Shown one piece after another: positions 37,603-51,885 of a DNA stretch of 64,000 bases (the first letter of the stretch is position 1; every line of letters begins with the position of its first letter). The notes beneath the pieces were generated by a model. That model did not search any database. It saw only the letters and a list, made by a program, of their open reading frames with translations, and was not told the DNA's origin. The translations under genes and the position numbers were made by a program. The stretch lies in assembly GCA_051362555.1 (NCBI GenBank), contig CM120642.1, positions 4,526,001 through 4,590,000 of the forward strand. Reading direction: 5' to 3'. Origin of the DNA: Lingula anatina (lineage: Eukaryota; Animalia; Brachiopoda).

Positions 37603-39609
37603 TGGTAACTATGTGTTCTACACAGAATTATTTCTTCTCCTGCTTTCTTCTGTTTCTCTGAAAGCAAAGGCTTAAAAGCAAAATGAATAGAAAAGTGCAA
37701 GGAAAGTTCTGTCATCGGTATTCAAATAAATATACTACCTTGGCTCCTAGGTATTATTTTTTCTTTCAAAAATGTGAAACGTATACCATGCGAGTGGCTC
37801 TCTTACATTGGACAAGCGATGTTCTTTGTACATTTCCTTGAAGAAAAAATATGGGACGCTCTCACAAGCGGAACATATCATTCTTTTATATTTAGTCAGA
37901 TATGGTTGGCAATATAAACATCGCCAGGAAATAAAAAAACTAAATATGTTAAGAGAAAAAATCTGTTTGTTCTTAGTTCAACAATTTATATAACTCACCC
38001 ACAGCAAACGGGATTAAAACTGCCCATAACTTTGCAACACGTTTCTCTCTATGCAAACTGCTAACATATGCTGCTGAACTTTGTGCGCAACTAGAACTTT
38101 TTCGGCAACTGATTCCTTTCAGCTGTTTTTTCTGCGAGATCTCACGTGTAAATCGGTTCTACTGTGAGTAACTGGCTTTTATTTAGTTTCTAAACATATA
38201 ATTAATAAGCGTTGGATATTCATGTGAGGGGCTTCATCCGGGACTCTGGATCAGAAGAATTCTTCTGGGTTCAAAAATAGGGGATACAAATAGCCATGCA
38301 ATCTGTACATGAACTGTGGATACAAAAAGTGATCTATTGCTATTGTGTATGTAACCTAACCTGGTTGGAGAAATCATAAATAAAATAAATTAATTATCAC
38401 GAACATATCAGAGGTAAATGGTATTTTGTTTTCTGGGTTAACTGTGACTACTTCCAGCTTTAAGGTATACATAATCAAGAGTGAAAAAAGCACTCAGAGA
38501 GCGCACCTCCGACAAGTGTTAGAGGTATCAGTTTTCTTTCTAAGTTGCCAGGCCATTAATCGGTGACTGTTGTTCACTCTTTGGCAAACCAGCGACAGTA
38601 GGCCTACTAGTGGTCGAATGACAGCTTAATAGAGTCTGTGAGCTGTATCGTCAGAGTGGGTCAAAGTGACCTATTCTGAAAATTGCAGACTTCTGCCAAG
38701 AAATATAATGAACGAATAATTTACCATTAATTAATTAATTAATTAATTAATTAAATAAACAATCATCTCCAAAAACTAGTCATTTCTCCCTTTCTCGATT
38801 ATGGCCTATCCTGAAAATTTTATCAAAATCTGTCCAAGACTTTTTGCATAATGCTGCGCACAGACAAACAAACCAAAAAACTAACGGGACAAAAACATAA
38901 CCTCTTGTTGGAGGTAAATATGAACTGTACCATTATGGGGCCATTCAGAATAGATTATCCGAGTACCAACTGATCCGCCGCCTAAATATGGCCGACCACA
39001 CTTCAAAAGCGATGCCGCTGATTCCCGATGGTCTCCCTGCCTCAATGGAACGCAATTAACGCCAGGCTTCATTTGCGTGTATATTTTAGGTGGTGTGGAA
39101 ATATGAAAGAAGTGATTATGTCCTCTGGACTTGCATTAAAAGTGACCCAATCAAGCGAAATAAACTGTGTGGGTGGTGCTATTTTTGCGATTTTACTCGA
39201 AACTAGATTCCAACATAACTCATGGGGGTGGTAGGACGCGTGCGCAGTGGTACATGCATGTCTAAATAGAGGGTAGAGCACGCGACCTGGTCACCAAGAA
39301 CTAAATTATTAAATTTAAAATGGAATAAGACATCGAATCCAAGAGCAAAGCTGGACCGAGCAGTGATTCGTGAGTGCTAGCGGTAGAAAACTGCTTTTTA
39401 CCCTAAAAAATTCATTTTACTGGAAAATCCAATGAAGTGTACCTTTAAGAATTTGTATTTGGTTATACTCTACTTCTATGGTTATATATAAAACGGACAC
39501 AACATATCATTAAATTGGACAACTAAAGATTATTCTGGGGTCATAGTTCATTAAAAGTTTGGTTTAAAAGTTAAGACTAACTTGCGAAACAGTCCGGCCT
39601 GGGGGTGTC

Positions 39610-39640
<31 letters not shown>

Positions 39641-40565
39641 AAATTTTCTGAATAAAATTGGTGTAAAAATTTAAGATGGGCGCAATATTTTTGCTTGCCA
39701 TAGGTGCATATTTTGTTTGCCTTCTTCCAATTTTTGCTAAGTACAAAGTATAAATAGCACGAATAGACCGTACATATAGTACATACACTATAGAATAGAA
39801 TTATTGTCTCATTTAACTTTTAAAATGTTGTAATTTATGGGCTAATTAACCTGCATATTTATTGATTTTTATTACTGTACAATCATCTTCATCCTATATA
39901 ATTGATTGTTTTTTATATGCACAGGGTTTGTATCCTTGCTCTTTTTAACACTGAAAAAAAAAACAGGAAAGATACTTGTGTGTTGAATTTACGGTTCTTG
40001 GTTCAATGCACAGCTGTCGCTGGTGGTACACGTACATGTACTAGGAAGTGTCCATTGCCACTCTAAACATCAAGCTATTTATTTCTGCTAGCATCCGAGG
40101 CCTCGGTTAAAGTTGTTGATTGTTCTTCAAACAAAAGAGTTATCTTTTTCGTGTATAAGCACTCAAAACAGTTTGACACCAGCTGGCTCATCCCGTGAAA
40201 TTATATCAAGAGAGGAGAGACACTTCAAAGAACATCTGAGCCTGGAGTGTTTTTTCCTCATATTCGAAAGTACCGGCAGCAGTAAAACTTTAAAATTAAA
40301 AGGACAGACTCTTTTATCGAGTACATAGTTTAATGCCTCGTAATATCAAGTAATTTAATACAATAACAGCATTTTAATGGCTATAAGAATTCTTGCATCT
40401 AAATATACATCAACATGTCATCCAGCATATGTCACAATCCTTTCCTCGTACACTCCTCTTACAAACAAATTGCTTATATACAAACTACATACCAACTGCT
40501 TATACACAAACAACATGCAGACGAACTTAAAATACTTATGTTTAATCACATAGATAACCTTACTT

Positions 40566-41858
40566 TCAAATAATTGCTCCCATCTCCAGCCTGATTTTCC
40601 GATTCAGAAGACCATAGATAAAAGGGTTTAAGCCAGAGCCTATTTGAAATATCAGTTTTGTAACTTGTTGTAGCACTACAAACCAAACCTCATTCTCATA
40701 CCCACCCAAACACCAAATAACAAGTGGATATGGTATATAACATAGCACGTAGGAACCGCACGTTAAAAGTATAGTTTTGGCCAACTTAAACTCTCTTTTC
40801 AACAACGAATCTTCCATCATATAACGACCTGTTTTCGAGATATTATTTATTTCATTTTTACAACAACAAAAACATCGAAACCCTCGTTGTTCTCCCGATT
40901 GCTGACGAGCTGTTAATGTTTCGTCGCTAGGGGACGTCTGGAGGCGTCTCACAGGTACGTGGAAGATTGGACGACTTTGGCCAACCGAGATTGCCTCCTC
41001 ACGGGGTTCACCTTCACGGTTCCTAGCATCGGGACAGCTTGGTTGATGAGAAGGAGATGACCTGTCAAGACTGGCGGTGGTTAAAACGTTCACTACGCAA
41101 CGTCGTTCGCCAAGCTCACTGTTACCAGTATACGCCATGCGGAGCTGTATTCTGCTAGCTCTGACATAACGAAATATGGCAATGTAGCAGTAAGCTGCTA
41201 TGATGAACCCAACAAAGGTGTGACCAGCTCGCAAGTTAATTAACACAGGTGGGAAAGCAGTTTCATTACTACACCTGTCTCCAGGAATCCAAATATTAAA
41301 GATCAAATGAATACAACTCCACACGCTATTGTATATGTAAATACATGCGCATCCAAAAAACACTTTTCTTTTTGACATCAGGGCGTCATACTTTTTTGGT
41401 AAGCAAATCTTAATGTATCTTTCCACCGCTATAAAGACCAGGTGGAAGACGCCTACAAAAGTGATTGCCGAGTTCAATGTCAACCGGCCAAGGCAAAAAT
41501 GAACGTTGTGCTGCATTGGGTGTAAAGCAGATACAAGGTAAACCAAATACTCGCTAACAATTTGCCATGGGATACAAAAAGCACTATTTATGACACCCGA
41601 AACAGTGAGACTTAACATAATAAGGTTTGTCTGTGTTTGAAGCCACGGGCATTTTATTATTGTTGCCAGGATCAAGGTGTTTAACGCAAAGCATGTAACG
41701 GTCTGGGCACCGCTCAGTGACATAAAAGGAATACAGTCAAAATCTATACAAGGCAGAATCAGAGTGCGTCCCTCTTCAAATTGGGTATTGTTTTTCTTTG
41801 CTGAATTGGTAAAAATTGGTGCCAAACTAAAAACATTCTCTTCCGTACTGCCGTTCAT
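40566..41858 (-). CDS. Class A GPCR, 430 aa, tandem paralogue of 36403-37602
   Basis: Shares LPCIDFDC, EYLVYL, HLVFIAVERY.KICLP.KY, WIPGDRC..ETAFP, YCYIAIFRYVR, LLKRE and IGSGLNPFIYG with the neighbouring receptor. ICL3 is longer. Confidence 0.93.
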   Translation of the reverse strand: MNGSTEENVFSLAPIFTNSAKKNNTQFEEGRTLILPCIDFDCIPFMSLSGAQTVTCFALNTLILATIIKCPWLQTQTNLIMLSLTVSGVINSAFCIPWQIVSEYLVYLVSALHPMQHNVHFCLGRLTLNSAITFVGVFHLVFIAVERYIKICLPKKYDALMSKRKVFFGCACIYIYNSVWSCIHLIFNIWIPGDRCSNETAFPPVLINLRAGHTFVGFIIAAYCYIAIFRYVRASRIQLRMAYTGNSELGERRCVVNVLTTASLDRSSPSHQPSCPDARNREGEPREEAISVGQSRPIFHVPVRRLQTSPSDETLTARQQSGEQRGFRCFCCCKNEINNISKTGRYMMEDSLLKREFKLAKTILLTCGSYVLCYIPYPLVIWCLGGYENEVWFVVLQQVTKLIFQIGSGLNPFIYGLLNRKIRLEMGAII

Positions 41859-42512
41859 GGTTCCAACTATCTGTTTTTCTATTCGATCTTTGATTTCATC
41901 TCTGACACCTGAAAATAGAGAGTTATAGATGATATTTTAAAAAATGCAATACATGGATACGATTTTTAAAAATAACAGTCCGTTAATGTGATAGCCATGA
42001 AATAAAGTGTTTACCCTTTGAATTTTGGACAAAGTATCAAGTTGCTGCACTTGGGTATCTTTCCGTGTCGATAAATTTTGAAATAATTGACGAGATAAGC
42101 ATTTGGGGTGCGTTGTGCTGAAGTGCCTTCAAATCTATTTTGTCCATTATACATCTTTGTATTGATGATGGAAAAAAGTAAAACAACTCTAAATCTGACG
42201 CGCACGACACAACTTCTGCAACACTTCATAGGAGATGCTATACTCAAGTATATAGCGTGCCAGTATGTTAACACGTAAAGTGGAACTGATATGTTATTTT
42301 TGACAGATACAAGCCAAACCCTTCACTTCAAAAGATCTGCAGACATTTACAAATAAGGCGTCTGGGTTTGGTGTTGCGGTGACAGTGGTATTGTTTTCGA
42401 ATTTGAGGACACCGTTACTCTAATCCCTGCCCAAAATCAATTTTGTGGAAAACAAAGTATTTGAATAATGTATAATCAGATTTAACATATTCTGTTGCCA
42501 ACGGCAGCACTT

Positions 42513-42557
<45 letters not shown>

Positions 42558-45443
42558 CAATTTACACAGAAATGTTTCTCGTAGCCCGATGCATGTGCAT
42601 CCATGATTTTCAAAGAACGGAATCAATAGCTGCAAAAATTAATTTTCTATCATGGTGGTGAGAATAAAGTTAATGATGGCCGCGTGAAAGAGACAAGAAA
42701 AGTGTTTTACACGGTAATAGTTTTAAAATGTTAAAATACACAGCATTTTGATTTTCGATTTGAGGGTCAAAAGTGCAATATTCAGCAAGAGCGGAATATT
42801 TGTCAGTTCTTCAAAATTGTTCAATGTTATATGAGAGTATTACTAGTATTTGATGTACTGTTACCACTTTGTTATTAATTATCATATCATTTGTCTTGAT
42901 GATATAGTACGGTTTTCCTAAAATCTTCCCGAAGGCAGTTAAAGATTAAAGACCTTTTGAGGAATATATATGTAAAGTTATAAAAGCCATAGATAAGCTT
43001 TATGGGAACACATCATACAATGTTCATATGCAAAAGAATATGAAACAGAAAAGAAAAATGTTTCCATTGCGAAACGATAGTTTATCCTGATTTTCCTTTT
43101 CATCTTCGTTCTCTTGTTGTCACAACAACGTGGAAACCTAATACTTCAAAAGAAATTAAAAAAATTAAATTGAAACTGAAACTTGAAATTAAATTTAGAT
43201 AACCACACGACAAACAGGGAACAAACAAAAAGAAAAGAAAAAAAAACATGCTCAAGTGTTTTCTTACACGTATACAAGAGGTAAACAAAGCACAACAAAA
43301 TAACTTGGTCAATTAACAATATTTAACGAAATGGCATGAATCACACTAAACATGGACATTACCTGCACAGTGTAGTCGGAACAGCAAGAGCGATGTCTTT
43401 CCCACACGGAACTTCGGTACTCCTTCCTTTCTGCGGTAGAGGTGACATTTATATATCAGATCGTGAGCTAAAAATTATAGTTTACCTGTTTCGAAATGCC
43501 ACGGTACTCATTACGTAATTCACAAAGCCAAGTGTCGATAAATCTATTGAAGAATGATAAAGAGAGCATTGTGATTTTCTACCGCTGACGAATATATTGA
43601 TTTTTTAAAATTATTTTTGTAGCACTGTTGTATTTATATATATTATGGAGCAAGGTGTAAAGCAAATGTTGTAAAGCAAATGACTTACACTTTCACTAAT
43701 TACAGATAATAATTAAAACGGAATCAAACGAGTAAAAGGATGGGGAGCTATTGAGTATAAGTTAAATTTCTTTAAGAGTCAACAAGTGTAGAAATTGTTT
43801 TTGTGGTAGGAAAAGATAGAACATGTCAAAGTCACATATGGTTCGATTTGATTGGTTGATTCCACAATAAATTTGGAAGTTTCGGACACGTGTAAAACAC
43901 ATGCAAACTAAAGATAGATAAGGTCCAAGAATGAGTAATTCAAATCATATTTTTAATTTTTTTAATTGAAAACAAGTCTCTTAGAAATTACCCAATTAAG
44001 AAATGTTGAATGGTGGTTTGCAACATGAGAATGGAAAATTCCTTGTAATCACGCAAAGACAATGGAAAGAAAACAAGTAAATGCATGATCAGTACGGAGA
44101 AATAGAGTATAAATACTTGTGACATTGTACGAAAAAGAGAGTCGGTGAATAAACGTTTGAAAGCTCCAGCCAGATCGTCATTATTGTCACTGTAACATAA
44201 TCATTCACTAACCAAATAAATCGACTCTAAGAAAAGTTGTACCTTGAACCTGACATGCAGGTGATCAGTGCGCCACCTGTTAGTAATTATGACAACTATG
44301 GGTATACATGTGCCTCAATGCCTTTTTCTTAATACTCTAAAATTACACTAAAATCTGAATTCAATCAGACGTTTTGGAATGATATCAGTTAATGGTGCAC
44401 AGATACTGATACGAGAAATCCCAGCCCTCCGAAGATGACGCCTGGATATAGGGAGTGCCTGTAACCCCCCTTTCCCCCCCTCATCACCCTTACCACCACC
44501 CCCACTTCCCATTTACCTGCACTTGTTTCAAAGACAAAAGAAAAGAAGATTTTGAAAATAGCCCTTCCCTGAAAATACTTGCTAAAATTTTTTAAAGACG
44601 CCTTTTTCTATATTAGTCTACATTTTAATTAATTTTCTTTAAATGGTTAACCCGTGTCACGTACGCGTCTCCAGTTAATATTTTATTTTTTTTTAGGATC
44701 TAGTGTTTGTCGGTGTTGGTATAGGAAAATCAAATAAATGGGGGGTACAATCCATACTGTATTTTATTCAAATCTTCATTTGCAGGTTGGCATTATAATC
44801 AGCACTTAAAATGTCGGAAACTGAAATGATTAGTATCCATTGCAAAATAGTCATTCATCGTCAGAGCCATATTTGTACTAGTGACATTTCATACAAGTTT
44901 ACATGTTAAGTACACTGTATTATTATTATTATTATCATTATTATCAAATAAATGTATTGAGTATGTTTAACCTAGAGACGCCCTTATCCTTAATAAAAAC
45001 TATAGTACCGGTATATACCTTACAGATGTTAAAAATTATCGCTTATATTTTGTGCTTAGTGCAAAGCAACTACTGCATCTAACACCCTTTCATTCACCGA
45101 TCGGCCAGTTGTGGGGCAGAATTCATAACCATGGGAGTCCTCAGTAACATTTCTTTGTGTCTGTAACTCAAATGTCTTTAGTCAATTTACAGTTGATTTA
45201 TTCTGACATTTATGCTAAATAACTCTTATAATATTTCGAGCGCATAAACCGTTTCGAAACCAAAAAAATTTTCCCTGGAGACACTCCTTATACATGGATA
45301 CAGAAACGCAAGGTTGCAGTTCATAGTAAGATTCAATCGGATATTTCCTGCAACAGTTTTGAAAAACTGGTCGTGCAGTCAGCTTCTTGCTGTCAAATTG
45401 TGCAACCACAACAACATATTCATGCATAATATTCAATATTCGC

Positions 45444-48400
45444 CTACACAACCCGGCAGCTCGGTTTGAAACACCTTTTGGCTTTTTCACAACAATTAAT
45501 TCGACATTTTAAGGACGATTCTTTAAAAGTAGGAAGGAACGGTATGAATCTAGACCAGCTATATTTCTGCAGCCAGGGGGTCAGATAAGGAATGTTGTAG
45601 GGTCTGTAGCTCTCCAGTTCACAAATGTGGGCGCCCTGTGACCCTGCTGTGGAATTCGTGGTCAATTCTGCTCGCATGCTAAGTATGCCGCGCTCTTCTA
45701 GAGTCCCTGAAATATTTAAATTAAATTATTTTATCTTTGTAATGCATATAATATTGCACCTTGTCTATACTTGTACTAAACTCTATAGCCTACAGTATAC
45801 GACGCCTGTGAAAAGCTGTTTCGAATGTTTCTTATTCATGATAGGCAGTCATTTTTTCAATATATATATAAATATATATAATGAAAGAAGAAAAAACATA
45901 CTAGGTCAATCACTTTGTACATCAGAACTACTCCTTTACCAAATAACACGGGCACAGATACCTTCTGGTAGTCTATATGTATATATCTTTTAAGATATGT
46001 CATTAAAATGAAAACAGACAGAGTACTTTTACTTGAGCAAGATTTCTCTTCTTATCCTCGGTCTATCAAATTGACTTGACTCAATTCTTTAAATTAAATC
46101 AAAGATCCTCGATGTGAATAACGAACGCAAACCTTACAGGCTACAGCATTTGGGTACAACACGGGCTGGTTTGACTTACCTGGCACTGTGTTATCTAGAA
46201 TGAACGCCAGCACTCCACAGAGAAACATTGGCGTTGTACAGAGGACAATCAACATCTGGTCGACTTCTGGGCTTCCTGCCATAAGTAAAAAGGGCATTTG
46301 TTACTATAAATTGGATACTGTTTTACACCTTTTCACCAGAGGTCGCTGTTGGCATAACTGTTGACATATATCGAGTAGCGCTAGAGTATCAATATGATGA
46401 AAAATAACGCCAGAAAACACATATTGGGGAAAAAACCTCGAGAGTAAAACATCAGAAAAGTGCATTTGCTGTACGAAAATATAAGGCTCCCATTATGCAA
46501 AAATATATATATCGCCTTTTTGACTGCATATCTGCATAACCTAAACTAAAAGCCCCTAATCTCTTTTCTCAATGCTCTTAGCAGGCAAACGATTTAAAAC
46601 TTAAAACTGTTTTAAAAGGCAATCTGGGATACAACACAATGAATCCAATGAATCACAATGAATACTCAAGCAAACAAAAATCAAGAAAAGTCCTATACTC
46701 ACCGGTGTCAATTGCATCAGTGTGTTTTTTCACCCATTCCGATACCACGAATCCCATAAGGATCGAGTTCCCGAGGATGGACACGTTTCTTGTGGAGAGA
46801 TGGACGTGCTTCACATTGGAAATGCCTACTGAAATCACCACCCCTAACCCTAAAACAAACTGGCAAAGTTATACAAACACGCAACATAACAACATAACCC
46901 TCCGTATTAAATGTTGCCGTATTTTATAATGTTGTATCCCAACCAAATGGTGTATATTTCGGTCTGATAATTCTTCTATATTCTATCGTTGTCATGACAA
47001 AATATTTGATACCTTGTTCTTCTCAAAATTGTAAATTGGTAACAACAAATTTGCTCCGGCCTAAATACTTTTTCAAATGTCCATCATAAAAAAAACAGCG
47101 ATACAGATAAGAGAGAAAAAAATAATAAAATAACAGTTAAATACTCATATGATCACTTACCAATAGTCATGACCCCAGCTTGTATCGGAGTAGGAATGGC
47201 CGCCAAGAGGGCACCAAATTTGCCACATAGCCCCATAATGATCATTATTACACCTGCCGCCTGGAACACTCTTATACTGGCCACCTGGGGACAAATACAT
47301 ATAAATAAATAAATAAATAAATAAATAACAAGACATATCTTTAAAACACCTGAATAATAATTAACAAAACAATATCACAGTCACAGTAGAAAGATAGCAA
47401 TAATTCTGAAAAGTTTATCCAGAGTTTTCGGAGTTGATCTTGTTTATTCATAAGACATAGTACATAGTATTCTTATTGACTGAAGCCACACTGAAAACGA
47501 TATCAAAGGATTGTTGCTGTGATTAAAACAGTGTGTTGCTTGATTTGATTCCATATCTGTTGATATACGTATTGTGTTCTTTTAGGTATCTCCTCGTTAC
47601 ATTACATATATATAACACAACTCTGTATTTACGTGGTCATTTTTTTTTCTAAGTTACTCCCACTACCTTTGTTATTCCAATGAAGCCAATGCATCCACTA
47701 TAAACCGTCGTACCATGACCAATGCCGATGGAACCCCCAAGAACGCTGCCCAGTCCTTCCACCAATATTCCCCGGTTGACGGCGTGGCTTGGAGGGGGCG
47801 GGATCTCACACATTCTAGCCGCAACATAGTAGTCTCCCAAGGTATCAACCACTGACGAAAGGGTGGCAAGGAGCATCCCTAATATTCCTCCTAATGCCAC
47901 TGTAGGCAGCCCATACCGACCTAAGGAATACAAGGTGGTAAATTTTTAGATTTCACTTATTTAAATTTCAAGTATCTCACCTTGAGTCAAAAGTGGTAGC
48001 CCAAACCGAACTGTGGCTATAAAGGCAAATGTTCAAATTTCAAATATTTTGCCAAAAGCCTAAGTGGGTAACCAATAACGACTTATTAAAATACAATGTG
48101 GCAAATATTCAGATGTTATATTTTCCATCCAATACCACATTAGCCAACCCATACCGTCTTAGCTAAGACATATCAAAGTGACAATTAAATTTAAATGGTC
48201 CTAATGGTCACTCAAAGTATCCTCCCGCCATAGTTTAAAGCAAAAAATTTTAGTGATGATTTTATGCAGCCCAAAAACTTTTCATATTAAGATTTGATCA
48301 TTTACCCGACAACAATTAGACTAACGAATTTACAGCACATAACTTAGCTAATATATCAATCTACGTCACAGGTGTGTTGTTGTTGTTGTTGTTGTTGTAA

Positions 48401-51400
48401 TTGATGTTGTTGATTGTTTCAACGCACCTGGGTAAGGAACAAAAAACCACTTGGCATTCCGTACCGAGCCAATGCCAAAGTCAGCCCGTGCCTTAAAACT
48501 TGGGGTGTCGGCTCCCTCGGGTAGGACATGGGCAGCTGTCATGATGCCGCTCACCGACCAGGCTATGATAACTCCAAATAGGACCTGAGGAAAATTAGTA
48601 CCCCCAAAATTATATATATTTCTATACAAAGGTGGAAAGAGTGAAGATGTGCCCTTCCCTTAGTTTCGGAGATACTCTTTTTGTCCTCCCCCTTAATTTT
48701 TTAACACAGTATAGCGAACGAAACAATACAGAATCAGGCAATTTTATCCATGTGCCATACATTAAATGCTAGGAATTTTCTGTATAGGTTTGATTTTTCT
48801 AACATCTTTCAGCAATTTTCATCCTTTTGCCACCTTTTATTCTGGATCTTCCAGTGCTATTTATATTTCTGACACAAATTGAAGACGTCTCCGTGTAACA
48901 AAAATATATCCGACTTAATTAAAGGCAGTCAGAGTTTCTTTTAGAATTTATGAAATTTATGTGTACCAAAATTACATACTGGCTTCAAGAACATGTGCTA
49001 AATGTTTTTTGTTAGTTAACATTACAAGGTATGTTTGAAATTATGTGCGTGCGGGCGTGTGTGCGTCTATGCAAGAAAATCGGATTCAATTTTAAGTATA
49101 AAATGTCTTCATTCAAACTTGGCCCGAGGCTATATGGTAAGTTAATGTTATCCCCATTAAATTACCGGAAACAAGACGAAGAGTTTGCAGCTGACTTTAT
49201 GAAATCCGCGTTTCTTGTTCCACCAAACAAAAGGTACTTCCACTTTCTCGAGGAATACTCCGCATATGATTACAATGGCGCAAGTCCTGAAAGTTGCGAT
49301 ATTTTATGGTCAATACAGAAATAAATCAATGTTTATTAAACATATCAGCGAGCAGATTGCCAACTCAAGCTTTCTTTTCTTTTTTTTTCTTTTTTGTTTG
49401 ATTGCCCGCTGTCATCCTCTTTTTATGTTAATAATAAGTAGAATTTTTGCTGTATATATTTTATCTGTAAGGAAACGTGTACGACTAAATAAGATTGCTC
49501 AGACACCACCTATACTTACAAGGCCCATAGTCCCCAGTGTGGCTGTGCCAGTTTTGCTATAATTTCATACACCGACAGCCCAATCATGATGATGCTTGGC
49601 GCAATAGTCAAAGGTCCTATGAAGTGCAACATGAAACCAATGGCACCTGAAATGCATAGAAAACAAAAAGGAGGAAAAACACACTAGACCCGACGTATAT
49701 ACAGACACTTAAGTAGTGGCAAACTTAGTACGGAAACTGATTCATTTTCTGTTACGGTAACTTTAATCAATGAAAGGAGGTAATATAAAATTTTCAGTCG
49801 ATCGGTGTTCCTAAACAGGAAAAAAAACCTTGAGAAAAAGAACTGCATACATAACAGTCATCGAATATACGTTGTGTACAACCTAATTTAAAAAAATTTG
49901 ATTATTGACATTGTTCTTACCTGTGCACCCAAGCAGTACCTGAGCTAAGGACGCAGTGATGAGGCTTCCCTGCACAACATTGAGGCGCTCGTGCCACGTT
50001 ATGACACCGACGGCCGTCGTGTTTAAGTCTAAACTTGAATTCACTGCATCTGCAATATTGCAATATTGAGAGTATTCGGAATTATTGCATTGAGGAAAGA
50101 TTTTATAACACTTGGAGCTTGTAAATCAAAATCATCTCTCTATATAGCCACCAAAGGGCAGCAGAAAGGGCATGCCGACGAAAAGGAGACCCAGCACGAA
50201 ACCTTTTCCCTGTATCTATATACATGTCATAGTCATCATCTCCATGATACATTTCAAAACTAAATTTTTCAAAAAGAAAAAGAAAAGAAAAACATTAATC
50301 ATAAAACGTTTTTCAATATTTCAATCCGTATTGTTGCTCTATAATAGTATTTGAGGAGTATTATTTACCTGTTTGGCCTGCATATTGGTTTAGATCGGAA
50401 GCACATTTGAACTGCTCTATGGAGAGCAAAGCTATCATGGGTGCCAGAAACGCCTTGCTTCCTCCCTGGATACTCGGTAGCCTTAAACGGTCAACAAATG
50501 TTTTTACTTATTGACATTTTTGTAGTTTGAGGGTTGAAATGGCAGCCATCTCCGGTGGCAATAAGAATTAATCAAATCCATTTTTATGTTATCTTTCTTA
50601 ATGAAGTTTAATCTTTCCTTATGTAAATTTCACTCAATAAGTATTCAACCATTCTTTATAAAAAAATAATTTTTCGGACATTTCTACTATGTATACTATA
50701 TACTTAAATCACCAATTTACAAAATAACCAAAACCTTTCACAATTCTACGGTCTATAAAGCAGTTTCTGAGTTCTGATTTTCTAGACTATCTATTTCTTG
50801 CGCCACTCTAATAATAAGGCAAAAGCTTGTGAATAACACTCGTAACGCTAAGAAATAGAAATACAGAGGTATTTACATCGAAATTTCCTTAGCGGTTTTG
50901 GAAAGGGTTTACCCAAGGGGAAATTGCTGAAATTTTCAAAACATCTTTTGTTTTTTATAATAGGTCCAATAAAGCTCTAATAACGCGCATTATTAATTAT
51001 AAAGATATCCCTTTACCTGCTTCCCACTGTACACTGGATCAGCGTGACGATCCCCGACACAAACATAGCGTTGCACTGCAGCTCCGCCTGGAGGTTAATG
51101 TTGTTCTCCTCACACAGAAGACTGGTCAACGTCAGTGGCAGAGACATGGTGCCAGCGACACATAATATGGCTTGCTTGAAAAAGAATTGCAAAAGGCTAT
51201 CTGTTACAGGGTCATAAACACTGGCATGTTTACATAAAGTGCTTTTTCCATTTAACGAATATCTTGGGATGGTTTGCCTTCAAATAGTTTCGGGTATGCT
51301 TTTTTGTAAGGATCTCGGGCTAAAATTTTGATGACATGTGCATTATCAGATGCATTTATTTATCTACATGGTATCAGTTCTTAGGTATTCAAAAGGCTAC

Positions 51401-51885
51401 TACTACTACCGCCACTACTACTACTACTAATATAATAAGAGTTCTTGACGGCAGCGCTTCAAATTCGTCGCAGAGCTGTATGAGAATGATTTACAACCAT
51501 AACGTAATAATAAAATTTAATTTTTTTTCTAAGAGTAAAAACGGGAGTAAAAAACATGATGAGTGTAAGACCACTCGCGGTGTATCGTCACAGCTATTCT
51601 ACCTTATCGTCTCCGTCAACATGGAAATATGTTGGTTATCAGACGCTTCTCACAAGATAAAAAGACACCTGAACAAACCTGCAAGCCGAAAAAAATCACG
51701 GAAACAGCCGGAGGGCTTTCGTAGATTTTATAAATCAGCTCCTCATCATTAGAACCTTCACGCTGATCAGCGCTTGGTTCTTGTTCAGCGATTATTTCAT
51801 CAGCGTCTGCCATCTGACAATCGACACTTATGTACTCCTCGGCGTTCTTGCCTCCTCTGAGTGGCTCCTCACATCGGGACATCAT
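45444..51885 (-). CDS. Nucleobase-ascorbate transporter family member (SLC23/NCS2), about 12 exons
   Basis: Exons translate to [15 protein letters not shown]|[82 protein letters not shown]...[43 protein letters not shown]. These are typical SLC23A1/2-family motifs. Start (51885 or 51882) is uncertain. Confidence 0.88.

Noticed and set aside
46841-46853. CCCTAACCCTAA telomere-like motif
   Set aside because: Only two units, at the edge of an SLC23 exon and its acceptor. A chance match.
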